A stretch of 64,000 nt of DNA from Enoplolaimus lenunculus (taxonomy: Eukaryota): assembly GCA_030248215.1 (NCBI GenBank), contig JASANG010000440.1, forward strand, positions 372,001-436,000, written 5' to 3'. Shown here one piece after another: positions 25,701-36,705 of this stretch (position 1 is its first letter; the number at the start of each line of letters is the position of its first letter). The notes below the pieces were generated by a model. The model ran no database searches, was not told the origin of the DNA, and saw only the letters and a list, made by a program, of their open reading frames with translations. Made by a program: the position numbers and the translations under genes.

Positions 25701-28700
25701 AATATCTGAGAAACGATGTCAACTGCTGCAAGCAGAAAAAGAAGAAGGTGTCATCAGCGTTGAACAGGTGACCGATAGAACATCCAGAGGGGAGTTGGAG
25801 GCGGGGTATATGCCCCCACTTTCAGAAATTTTTTTATGGTAAAATGGTGAGGTAGCTATCTTACAATTTTCGCCCAAAGAAAATTGGCGCATATACACCT
25901 TTACAGTAGAAATTGCGTTTCATAACTTTTGCTAAACCCGTTTCTTGTCAGAACTTTCTGTATCTGCCGATGCAGGTGTCTTCAAACTATTCAGCGTGTC
26001 ACGGGGGTATGTTACGTACGACAACTTTCCCCCATGGTTTCAATAGTTTACGTGCCACAGCACAAAAGGAAATTCTTGGGAAAATATTTTGAAAACTACT
26101 TGGAAGACGTGCCGTTTTTCCGCAAAACTCAAATAGCGTAAACATAAGCTTCGGATTGGTTTTAGCCTACGCTAAGTTGTACGGTTATCGTTACGTTGAG
26201 GCGTACGCTTACGTTTAGGTTTAGGAATATGCTTATACTACTGTTACGCCACTCAAAGTAACATTGGCAATAATCATAGTTACTGGCATATAAACCACAA
26301 TTGGACTGCGAAAGCTGCACAAAGAATGTGGACTGATTAAGCGGTTCGGAGTTGGGTCAAAAATGTCGAGCATTGATTGGGTAAAACCAGTAAAGAAACC
26401 CTCATCAGACATAAGCGAGTTGTTATAAACAGAATAAAGTTTTCCGAAGTACGCAAGTTTATGTGGATTCGGCATAAAATCTGTTGTTCAACGATAAATT
26501 GAAATGATTGCAGTTTGAATTTTAAGGCCGAACGAGGCCGTCGGCAAGCAGAATCGGACGCGAACGAAGCTCGTGAATTTGTAACTGAGCTGAACGCTCA
26601 AACGGTTACACTTAACGCTGCGAAACGAAAAGCTGAATCTGAGTTTCAATCGTTGCAGGTGAAAGCTGGAATATTTTAATGGTCTTAGAATTAAGTCCGC
26701 AACAAAGTTGTTATCTACTCTATTTTCGAGGAATTTTCGCTTCGTACGAACTAAAGCGCGAAGTCTGACGTTTGGACTCGAGTCAAAGGGCAGTATTTGG
26801 AACTCGAGTCAAAGTGCAGTATTTTGAACTCGAGTCAAAATGCAGCATTTTGAACTCGAGCCAAAGTGCAGTATTTTGAACTCGAGTCAAAGTTTAGTAT
26901 TTTGAACTCGAGACAAAATGCAGTATTTTATGCTCGAGTCAAAGTGCAGTATTTTGAACTCGAGTCAAAGTTCAGTATTTTGAACTCGAGTCAAAATGCA
27001 GCATTTTGAACTCGAGCCAAAGGGCAGTATTTTGAACTCGAGTCAAAATGCAGCATTTTGAACTCGAGCCAAAGGGCAGTATTTTGAACTCGAGACAAAA
27101 TGCAGTATTTTATGCTCGAGTCAAAGTGCAGTGTTTTGAACTCGAGTCAAAGTTCAGTATTTTAAGCTCGAGTCAAAGTGCTTTATTTTTTTCGAGTCAA
27201 AGTGCAGTATTTCGAACTCGAGACAAAATGCAGTATTTTAAGCTCGAGTCAAAGTGCAGTATTTCGAACTCGAGACAAAATGCAGTATTTTAAGCTCGAG
27301 TCAAAGTGCAGTATTTCGAACTCGAGACAAAATGCAGTATTTTAAGCTCGAGTCAAAGTGCAGTATTTTGAACTCAAGTCAAAGTGCAGTATTTTGAACT
27401 CGAGTCAAAGTGCAGTATTTGGAACTCGAGTCAAACTGCAGTATATATTTGAGTTAGGATTTTTGAAAAAATTTTGACCAAAATGTGCGTATATTATCGC
27501 CTTGAATATTTACATATTATTCCAAAACAGAATCATTTTGAAGAAGAACATTTTAGTTACAGATTTTTGGACGCGAGTATAGCGACAAAAACAAACAAAA
27601 CTGTACCCTTTAGAAGCTCTGTGAGGCTGTAGACATAGGGGCCAGGGATATTCAGCCCCTTGGAAAAATTTTGGCCCCCAAAAAAATTTTCAATCTTGTT
27701 TGTAAGTCATTGAAAAACCTTGCAATACTGCTCGTGAAAAATCTGTAGTCCCCATAGCAAAGTGAGCTTGCTACTGACCTCAGCGGTACACGAAGTATGT
27801 CAAAGTTTTTAATTTAATCATCCGTTCAAAGAATTTCAAAGGCATATCTCCCTGTATACCCACCGTTTCAAACGCCCATGACTAGAAACAACTGCTTTTA
27901 TTCTACAGTTGGAATTCGAAGATACCGTAACCGAACTGAAAGCGTCAGAAGAACGTGGACGTAAAGCTATGATCGATGCAGCGAGATTGTCCGAAGAACT
28001 ACGACAAGAACAGGATCACTCAGCAGTGGTCGATCGCGCACGGAAAGGCCTGGAGTCCCAAGTTAAAGTAACCGCAACATTTACTTGTCAAAGTGGTTGC
28101 AATACTTACAGCACAAAGTCTTAGAACAAATTCATTGTTTACTGTCGTAACTGGTATTTTTCTGATTGTTTCAGAACTGGACTCAGTGTAATAATGTGAG
28201 ACATGCTTGTCCGTTATTTATGCACATGCAAAATCGTGCAATGCACCGTATGTATGCTAGCTGGCAGCATATAGTCGACACATATAGTCGACGAAATATG
28301 CAGTTGGAGAGGCGGGCTGCGTGCGCGCTGGTAACAGCGTCTGCCTGATACGCAGATCGTCGCTAGTTCGAAACCACGCGTAGCCTGCTTTTCCAGCTGC
28401 TTAGTAAAAATGTCTGAAGTCCCGGTTGTTACCAAGACTGACACTCAGTATCAGATTTAATTTCTTATTTTTGGAGATAATTCAAAATTTTTATTTTATA
28501 ATTTTAGGAACTGCAATCTCGACTCGATGAAACTGAAGCCTCCACATTAAAAGGTGGCCGCAAAATGATACAGAAGCTTGAAACGAGGGTAAGCTGAATT
28601 ATTAACCAGACGCCATCAGCGTGTTGAACTGGTAGGTGTCAGCGACTTTTATACCATGGACACAAACAGCAAAAACGTCTGGTATATCCAATCAAACAGG

Positions 28701-31700
28701 TATTACGGAATACTGCAAAGAGTCCCTGACATTTAAGCCAAAGTCGTTCCAATCCCTTGTAGTATTCCCCCATTTTGCCTGCCGTTGTTAAGCCTAAGCC
28801 TAAACCTAAGCAAAAAAGTTAGTCTAAAGCTTAAACTGACTCTATTACAGAACCTACGGAAAACAATCCGACCCTATTCTATACATGGGCCATATATTTT
28901 TTTATGAATTTTTTTGGTTTTTTCGTTTTTTAACATTTTCCGTCACCCCTTCGGAAAAACAGAAACCAAGAACGAGAACACCCTGTTTTTCCGTTGGTTT
29001 TTTCTTTCGACCATCACTATTTGAAAACATGAGCAAACGATGCATTGCAGTAGATTATAATTTTTTAATTTACAGTCGTGTTTTGAAATTTCAGATACGA
29101 GATCTGGAAGCCGAACTCGAAGCGGAAACACGGCAGCATCAAGAAACCGGTAAATTGTTACGGAAAGCGGACCGGAAAGCAAAAGAGCTACAATTTCAGG
29201 TATCTGGTTTGCTTGGACGTTCTCTGGACCGTAGTGTACGCTTTTAAAGTTGCATCATTTAGCTCATAGAACTCAACGTCGGAAACGGTTAAAAACAGGA
29301 TTGTTCTGGTTCTGAAAATACGTCGGCTTATCATGAACTGGCAATAGATGCAACACACAGTTTATCGATCCTGTTGTAAATCTTTGTACTTCACTTGTAC
29401 AGCCTGATTTGGTCAGATTTGTGCCAATTCAATACAACACACGACCTCGACTACCGTAAGACCACTATGAAAAAGTTACCTACAGTATCCAAGTTATTCT
29501 TTCAATGCAAAAACCTTTATTTTTTTCAATTGTTTCAGTGCGAAGAAGATAAAAAGAACCAAGAACGGCAACAAGAGCTGGTCGACAAACTACAGACTAA
29601 AGTCAAAACGCACAAGCGACAGATTGAAGAAGCGGTATGTCTTCAAGTGTTCCTGTGTATTAATAAATTGGCCCATGTTACCCTAACCAGAGTATCACTG
29701 TATTTTCCTGGTTTTCGAATACAGTAAGCCTAAAGCATTAGACTATTTTTTGCTTAAGCCTATAACTGTTAAGGCTAAAAGGCTTACACCGAAACCTAAA
29801 TGAAAATAGTCTAAATCTTTAGGCTTAGACCTTGGCTCATAAGCTTATTTCTACGCTGAGGCTTAACGAAAAGTTTAGGCTTAGGCTTAGAAATATCCTT
29901 ATACTACTGTTACGCCCTTCAAACTCACATTTGCCGGAAATACTTTGTTTACAAAGTAAGCGGTGTCATACGGTAATAACCGGCCCATGTAAAGATCAGG
30001 GGCGGAACGTTTTTCTGCTCGACTAGAATAGAGTAAGCTTTAAGGTTTAGACTAATTTTTTGTCTGGCTTAGGCTTAGGCTCAGAAATGTGCTCATTCTT
30101 ACGCTAAGGCCTACGCTTAGGCTTAGGCTTAGGCTCAGAAATACGCTCATTCTTACGCTAAGGCCTACGCTTAGGCTTAGGCTTAGGCTCAGAAATACGC
30201 TCATTCTTACGCTAAGGCCTACGCTTAGGCTTAGGCTTAGGCTCAGAAATACGCTCATTCTTACGGTAAGGCCTACGCTTAGGATTAGGCTTAGGCTCAG
30301 AAATACGCTCATTCTTACGCTAAGGCCTACGCTTAGGCTTAGGCTTAGGCTCAGAAATATGCTCATTCTTACGCTAAGGCCTACGCTTAGGCTTAGGCTT
30401 AGGCTCAGAAATATGCTCATTCTTACGCTAAGGCCTACGCTTAGGCTTAGGCTTAGGCTCAGAAATACGCTCATTCTTACGCTAAGGCCTACGCTTAGGC
30501 TTAGGCTTAGGCTCAGAAATATGCTCATTCTTACGCTAAGGCCTACGCTTAGGCTTAGGCTTAGGCTCAGAAATACGCTCATTCTTACGCTAAGGCCTAC
30601 GCTTAGGCTTAGGCTTAGGCTTAGTAATATGCTTACTGTTCAAAACTCATAGCGTTTCCCCAACAAATATGTACTAATTTTAGGAATCTATCGCTGCCAC
30701 AAACGTCGCAAAAGTTCGCCAATTACAGCATCAAATCGACGACGCTGAAGAACGTGCAGAAATTGCAGAAAGTGCACTTGCAAAACTGCGATTACGCAAT
30801 AAAACGTCAGCCAATGCTGGCCAACTGTCAGTTTCTGCAACCGGATCCGCAAACCCAGTCATTTCCACGGTTAGTGATTATATTTTTCACAGGTATTGTC
30901 TGAAAAACCGCATACATACCACACTGCAAAAAATTGTGAGTCAAATTGACTCTCTCCGAAATAGGCTCTACGGGATTACACAAATTGAGTCAAATTAGAC
31001 TCCGCCAGAGTCAAATTCGACTCACTTAGTCGCACGTTTGACTCTGGCGGAGTCGAATTTGACTCAGTTTGTGTAGTCCTGTAGAGCCTATTTCAGAGGG
31101 AGTCAATTTGACTCACCATTTTTTGCCGTGCATACGCCATTCGCAGCCTTCCTCAGAGAATACATACCAAAGCACTGACCTTAGATCCCACAAGATTTTA
31201 GTCCTTTAAAATCAGTTCATCGCCTCACTCAAAAAAGTAATTTTGAATTTATTCAGAAAACTATTTTCTGTGGCAAATCTGAAAAGTTTTTTACTGATAT
31301 TTAAGACAATTTTTTTAAAAATAACTGGAAAACGTTTATTTTCAAACTTTGTTTCAAAACTTTTTTGAAAACTTTTCTGTTATAAACTGAAATAGTTTTC
31401 AAGTGCACCTTGCGAAGTATATTTCTTAAATGTAAGAAATTTTTTCATAAATATCAGAAATATTATTTTGAGTGATGCCGATATAGCAATTTACCAATGT
31501 CTTTGAATGCGCGCTGCATTTAACCATTGTTAATATTGTCGCAGCTTAGCTTCTGAAACTGTTCATAAAATAATCCTTGAGTTCGCCGTCCAATGTAAAA
31601 AACATGGGCAGAACAGTAGTATAAGCATATTCCTAAGCCTAAGCTTAAGCCAAACAAAAAATACTCTAAAACTTAAGCTTACTCTTTTCTAGTCCCACAG

Positions 31701-32264
31701 AAAAACGTTCCGCCCCTGATCTTTACACGGGCCAGTTCGCCAACCCATACAGTGATAACTTTATCAGCTTGTCATATAAGCACAACATTTTCTGTAATAC
31801 TCCAGAAATCCTACAGTTCGACGAACAACATTCATCACTGAGACAAATACAGCCGTGCTTGAGTCGTATTCTCAAATGTGTGTAGCACCTATCAGGATAC
31901 AACCGGACGTCTGCCTCCGGCTCCGGTATTTTTCACCTCCGGTTGCACCCTGGCACCTATCAACACTTGGTAATGCAAAATTTTATTTTTAGAACAAATG
32001 AGAGTTTAAAAAATAGCAAATTTTTGTGCAGTTTTTAATGTACGATTCTTTGCAAAAATTTTGCAATTGGTAACTGCAACAGTTTGTCACTTTGAAAGCC
32101 AACCGTAACTGGATTTTCAATATTGACTCTGCGGGCTGTTAATCTGCTAATGGCACAAGTTAAAAATACGTCTATTAAACATTTTGCAGCGTTCAATGTC
32201 TCATTTGAATACGTGGTTGAGTCAGTTTAACCGACCCGAAGCTGAAGACGATATTGAAGTCTAA
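10753..32264 (+). CDS. Headless myosin rod protein: 24-aa leader + complete S2/LMM coiled coil + tailpiece, ~1138 aa, paralog of the upstream myosin
   Basis: 24 phase-compatible exons: 10753-10824, 11356-11544, 12414-12614, 13611-13748, 14606-14751, 15524-15671, 16393-16539, 17150-17256, 17985-18123, 18840-19025, 19674-19870, 21592-21724, 22308-22445, 24111-24225, 24892-25096, 25337-25538, 25648-25767, 26527-26658, 27909-28067, 28508-28588, 29095-29199, 29539-29634, 30684-30869, 32190-32264 (TAA). Total 3417 nt with no internal stop. Myosin-rod motifs [52 protein letters not shown]. The first and last exons are assigned from splice sites and phase only, so they are less certain than the rod exons. 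Confidence 0.88.
16841..17113. mobile_element. MITE family C (~220-300 bp); copies at 23595-23892, 34451-34725, 42771-43056, 51488-51710
   Basis: TIRs AGCCGTATTCACACGTGCAAGTTTTTGC / GCAAAAACWTGCACGTGTGAATA.GGCT, often with TTA/TAA flanks. Confidence 0.75.
19944..20205 (+). mobile_element. piggyBac-like MITE family E, diverged copy
   Basis: TTAA|CCC...GGG|TTAA. Internal minus-strand tRNA-Gly(CCC)-like segment at ~19997-20053. Confidence 0.7.
22497..22693. mobile_element. CACTG-ended MITE (family F); related copies at ~48159-48356 and ~14010-14230
   Basis: TA|CACTGTAAATT...AATTTACAGTG|TA with internal GAGTT/AACTC motifs. Confidence 0.6.
23119..23272 (+). mobile_element. Family A MITE with exact 8-bp TSD GCTTGACC
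   Basis: TSD at 23111-23118 and 23273-23280. TIRs GGCCAATGTAAAGAACAGGGGCGGAAC / GTTCGGCTCCTGATCTTTACATGGGCC. Confidence 0.9.
26769..27443. repeat. 26-bp minisatellite (GAACTCGAGTCAAAGTGCAGTATTTT), ~26 copies, intronic
   Basis: Period 26 (e.g. 26826, 26852, 26878), with a CTCGAG core in nearly every unit. Confidence 0.95.
28315..28385 (+). pseudogene. tRNA-like relic with GAT anticodon inside a dispersed repeat (related copies ~47785-47980 +, ~62540-62720 -)
   Basis: Acceptor stem GGCTGCG/CGTAGCC, anticodon stem TCTGC/GCAGA with loop CTGATAC, GTTCGAAAC B-box. The T-stem is degenerate. Confidence 0.5.
29982..30640 (-). repeat. Family A MITE whose interior expanded into a 54-bp TTAGGC-rich minisatellite (~10 copies)
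   Basis: Starts with the GGCCCATGTAAAGATCAGGGGCGGAAC TIR. Unit CTTACGCTAAGGCCTACGCTTAGGCTTAGGCTTAGGCTCAGAAATACGCTCATT at ~30065-30625. Confidence 0.9.
30922..31130. mobile_element. Fold-back CACTG MITE (family D); copies at 18158-18366, 59948-60199, partial copies at ~15860-16050 and ~62085-62195
   Basis: Almost fully palindromic CACTGCAAAAAATKGTGAGTCAAATTGAC...GTCAATTTGACTCACCATTTTTTGCMGTG, with 2-bp flanking duplications (CA/CA, TA/TA) compatible with CMC-type elements. Confidence 0.8.
31588..31733 (+). mobile_element. Family A MITE with exact 8-bp TSD AGTTCGCC
   Basis: TSD at 31580-31587 and 31734-31741. Confidence 0.85.
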
Positions 32265-33952
32265 GTTAAACATTAAATCCAACCATAAATGTTCATATTA
32301 ACTTGCGTACACTGTTTTAACTGTTGTTAGTCAAATGCTACATAAATGTATAGAAATTGCGGCACACGTATAGAACAGGGCCGGATCGTTTTCCGACGGG
32401 GCTAAAATAGAGTCAGTTTAAGCTTTAGACTATTTTGTTTGCTTAGGCTTAGGCTTAGGCTCAGGGTTTAAGAGGCTTAGGAATAGGCTCATCCATACGC
32501 TTATGCCTAGGCTTAGGCATATGCTTTTGGAAAGATTATGCGGCTCCAAATTTTTCAACCCCAGTTGAATTAAACATTATGTAATGAGCGCAAGCCGTCA
32601 ACCATGTTAAACCATGTTATTACAAGAATGGCCAATGTTGCTTTAAGGGGCGTAACAGGAGACTAAGCATAATCCTAAGCCTAAGCCTAAGCGTGCCAAA
32701 AATGTGTTCCTAAGCCTAGCCAAACCAACAAAACATAATTTAAAATCTAAACCTACTCTTTTATGGACCCACCGGAAACCTGGACGCCCCTTAAAGTCAC
32801 ATGAGCCGCAAGAATTATAGACCTGTTTTAAGGCTTAAGATAGTTAAAACAATTTAAATTTGAGAAAAAGAAAAAATTTGTGTTTAAAATATATCATTTT
32901 GCAGCTCGTAATAAATCATCATACCATACCAATGATTTTACTGCACAGCAGCGTACTGAAATATATTAATACTCAATTGATAGAATATGTTTTTTTTCAG
33001 TATAAATGATTTTCACAAACACGAATATGAAACTATGTTTCAGGCTTAGGCTTAGGTTAAGGTATATCCAGTTTGTAATCAACATATGGCATCATAATTA
33101 GGTTAAACTTAGGTTCAACTTTACGGCAAGTTATTATAGTACTTGCTAGTTGAAATGGACGGTCGTAGCAAGCAATTAAATTTGCTAAAATTTTTAAAAT
33201 CACACCATTTTTGATAAATCAAACCTAAACCAGACAACCGAAACAAGCCAACTTTAAAACTATTATTTTTAGGCATAAAAATTTGTCTTTAGGCTTAAAT
33301 TTAAAAGTATACACTGAACCTCAAATTACAACATCAGGCATTTATCACACATTGCTTCAGGTGTTACTAGAACCCGTATTCTCAAATGTGTGTAGCACCT
33401 ATTACCCGTTGGTGATACATCTAATATCATTCGAACCAAGAAATGGTGAAGTTTGAAATTCAACACTTGCATTCGATATACTCTACTTCTGTGTAAATTT
33501 TGAGATCTGCAATTGTAGCAGTTCGTTAGTTTGAAAACCTATTACGAACTGGTGATAGGTGCTGTACACATTTGCGAGGGCCCTGGTGTACACATGATAT
33601 TGTTGATTTTACGAGTTGAGACCAATGGTAAGCGAACACATTCCAACTCTGACCCTCCCCAAAGATTCTATTTACATATGAACCAGTAATAATATCAACA
33701 GTCATTTAATAAATATAATCAAATTCCGGTTAATCTTCACCATTAAAAACAAATGCATTAACAACATTAAATACCCGGTAGCGGATCCGGAAATTTTTGT
33801 CTCATTAAGCAGCGAATTTATTCGTTTACAGGGTATTTTAGTTGATATTGTCTGGATTTCTGAAATCTTACTTCGGCAGGCAAAAATTAACGATACTCAC
33901 TTGGCAGACATTGAAAAGTCTGCCCATAAAATTCAGGGATAAATGAGTGATT

Positions 33953-34147
33953 GGCCAATGTAAACAACATGGGCGGAACCGTATTATAAGCATATTCTTA
34001 AGCCTAAGCCTAAGCGTAAGAATGAGTTTATTCCTAAGCATAAGCGTAGCCTAAGCCTGAACCAATCAAAAAAATTGGTCTAAAGCTTAAGCTTACTCTA
34101 TGCTAGTCATACAGAAAAACGTTCCGCCCCTGATCTTTACATGGGCC
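33953..34147 (+). mobile_element. Family A MITE with exact 8-bp TSD GAGTGATT
   Basis: TSD at 33945-33952 and 34148-34155. Confidence 0.9.
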
Positions 34148-36705
34148 GAGTGATTGATATATGATCTAATTTTGTATGTATGTGAACTTTAATTTTAAAC
34201 CAGAAATGAATCAAACCAACACCATGCAGCGTTCAACATTAATTACATACATGTTCAAGTTGTGTTCTTAAATGTGTGTAGCATCTATCACCAGTTAATA
34301 ATTTGCAAATACTAATATCTGCACGCAGCAACAGAATTGTAAAATTGTAAAACTGCGCTTTGTTTAAAGCACATTTCACTACAACTTAAAGTCGAAATAA
34401 AAACAACAAAATATTACAAAAAATTATCATGGCTAATGTTACAACGCTGAAGCCGTATTCACACGTGCATGTTTTTGCTACAAGAACTTGCGTCTGCAAC
34501 TTGCACTTGCAAATTTTGTTCAAAATCCCGTTCGAAAAACTTGCAGCTGCAAATAATCCATTAAAAGTCAAAGCTACGAATTTAGTTTAAATGTGTAAAC
34601 AACCATACAAGTTCACTGACATTATTGCAACCGTTTTCTCATTGGCTCATGAAAAAATGCAAATTCTGCATGCAATTTGCAGCTGCAAGTTCTCGCAGCA
34701 AAAATTTGCACGTGTGAATAGAACTTAAAGATTGCATGAGCATCCCGCAGTTATAATACTGACTTGTCCAATTTTGCGTTGACACTTTGATAATAAACAC
34801 TGCTGCTTCATTGAATCTAATGATTTTAGAAGGCCAATTAAACCTGCCCGAGTCCTCGCAGTCTCAATTCCGAACTGAAACTGCGTTGCAACCGCACTTG
34901 TAACAATAGCATTCGTCAACGGATCAATAATTTACTTTGAGGAGCGTGCCGATTTTCCACGGGACTACAATAGAGTAAACCATAAAGCTTTAAACTATAT
35001 TTTTGCTTTAGGCTTGGGTTATATCTAAGGCTTAGGTTTACGATAATAATGCGTACAGTACTGTCACGTCCCTCAGAGTCAACATTGGCCTAAAAATAAT
35101 CGTAAAGTGAATAGTGTCACCGGTACTGTAGTACAATGAATTACATATCAACAATTATTGTTTATAAATTACTACAAAGTGTAGCTTTGGCTTCTTAGAG
35201 CCGCGCGCTGCCAAATAAATTTTGAATATATTTCTGTTTAGTAACAGATACCAGCGTCCGGCGGAACGCGGCAGTATCCGGCACAGTAAAGAATAAAATA
35301 ATTTGTAAATTTTGCAACAATTAAAGTGTATCATATTAGGTTTTCAGACCCTGTATGTTGAAACGGTATATTGTACCCTGTCAGCGACTTTTCGGTTATT
35401 TTCCATCCAGCGGGGCTTTGACTGAAAATGGTCGGATTTTAAAATTTTTAGCGTATTTGAGCTTCTCATGACCTGCCCTATTTGTTTCACACCCAAATTT
35501 GAATTTTTAAAAAATTCGTTTTTTAAGGTCCATGGTCCATATATTTATATAATTCAGCAAACAATATATACAGACAGATATATTTACTTTACAGATCGTT
35601 AGACTTCACTTCTGTACATAACAAGACTCAAAACAAAAAACACAAGTGAATACGACGATCACAGCAATAAAACAAACTAAAACAATAAATAAATATAAAT
35701 AGAAAATAAAACATTTGGACAACATGCGACCGAGAATATCCACTTCCAGCGTTCATATCTGGCAAAGAATCTGTATCCGGTTCCGCATATCTGTTATTTC
35801 CACATCCGGTAACACCTTGCATATTAAAGTAGTAGTTTATTCTAAAATGATGTAAGAATAGTTGACTTGATTACTTGAGTAATTGATAGTATCAAAGGAT
35901 GCTTGGAAGCTGTAAAGTAAGCTAATGTTACCATTTAGCCCAGTAATTTGAATAAAAGGCCAACAAACCTGACGTTCCACGTTTGATCTCACCAGGAACA
36001 GGAGCAAAACGTATCGTAAAAGGTCCAATATGGCACGGTACTGGCTTGGATTTTAGGATTAATTTATTACAAAGTCTAGAAACACAAACTCGCAGCCAAG
36101 CATAGCATAAGCTCAATATCCACGTGAAATTTTTTGTAGCTATGAACCTTGAAGATTTTAGTACTGTAAGAATGAAAGATATCATCATATCGAAGGAACA
36201 TAATTTACCAAAATATACACAGAATAATCACGGAATGAAACAGAAAACGATGCGAAAATAAATTTCATAAAGTAATAAACACGGCAAAAGAAACCTAATT
36301 TTTGACTTGTAGCATATAAATTTAGAAATAAAAATCGCATTTTTCAAAAATTCAAATTTGGGTGTGCAATGATCAGGTAAAAGTCATGAGAAGCTCAAAT
36401 ATGCAAAAAATTTTCAAAATCAAACCATTGCGAACGGCATCTTCGGAAGCAATAACCGAAAAAATCACCGTTGTTTAGCCTAAGCTTAAAAATTAAATAC
36501 TAAAAATTGACGTATAATTTAGGATGGGTTTTGACCAATTTTTTAAATTTATCCGTTTACACTTGTGACCCGTATTCTAAAATGTGTGTAGCACATATCG
36601 CGAGTTAGCAATAGATTTTCAAACACGGCTTACTGATTTACTGTCTACAACTTTTTCCGTCATAAAGTGTACTATGAGCAACTCAACGCAAACTGTGTAC
36701 GCGAT

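Noticed and set aside
10753..32264. Paramyosin (unc-15) as the identity of gene 2
   Set aside because: It includes the S2 region absent from paramyosin, is ~1138 aa, and shares exon sizes and high identity with the adjacent MHC.
10753..32264. Pseudogene or haplotype duplicate of gene 1
   Set aside because: There are no stops or frameshifts over 24 exons, substitutions are conservative, and introns and tailpiece are unrelated. The only lesion-like feature is the CGG acceptor at 24890.
32300..36700. Additional gene between the rod gene and RasGRP
   Set aside because: Only MITEs, AT-rich sequence and short ORFs without a consistent exon chain were found.
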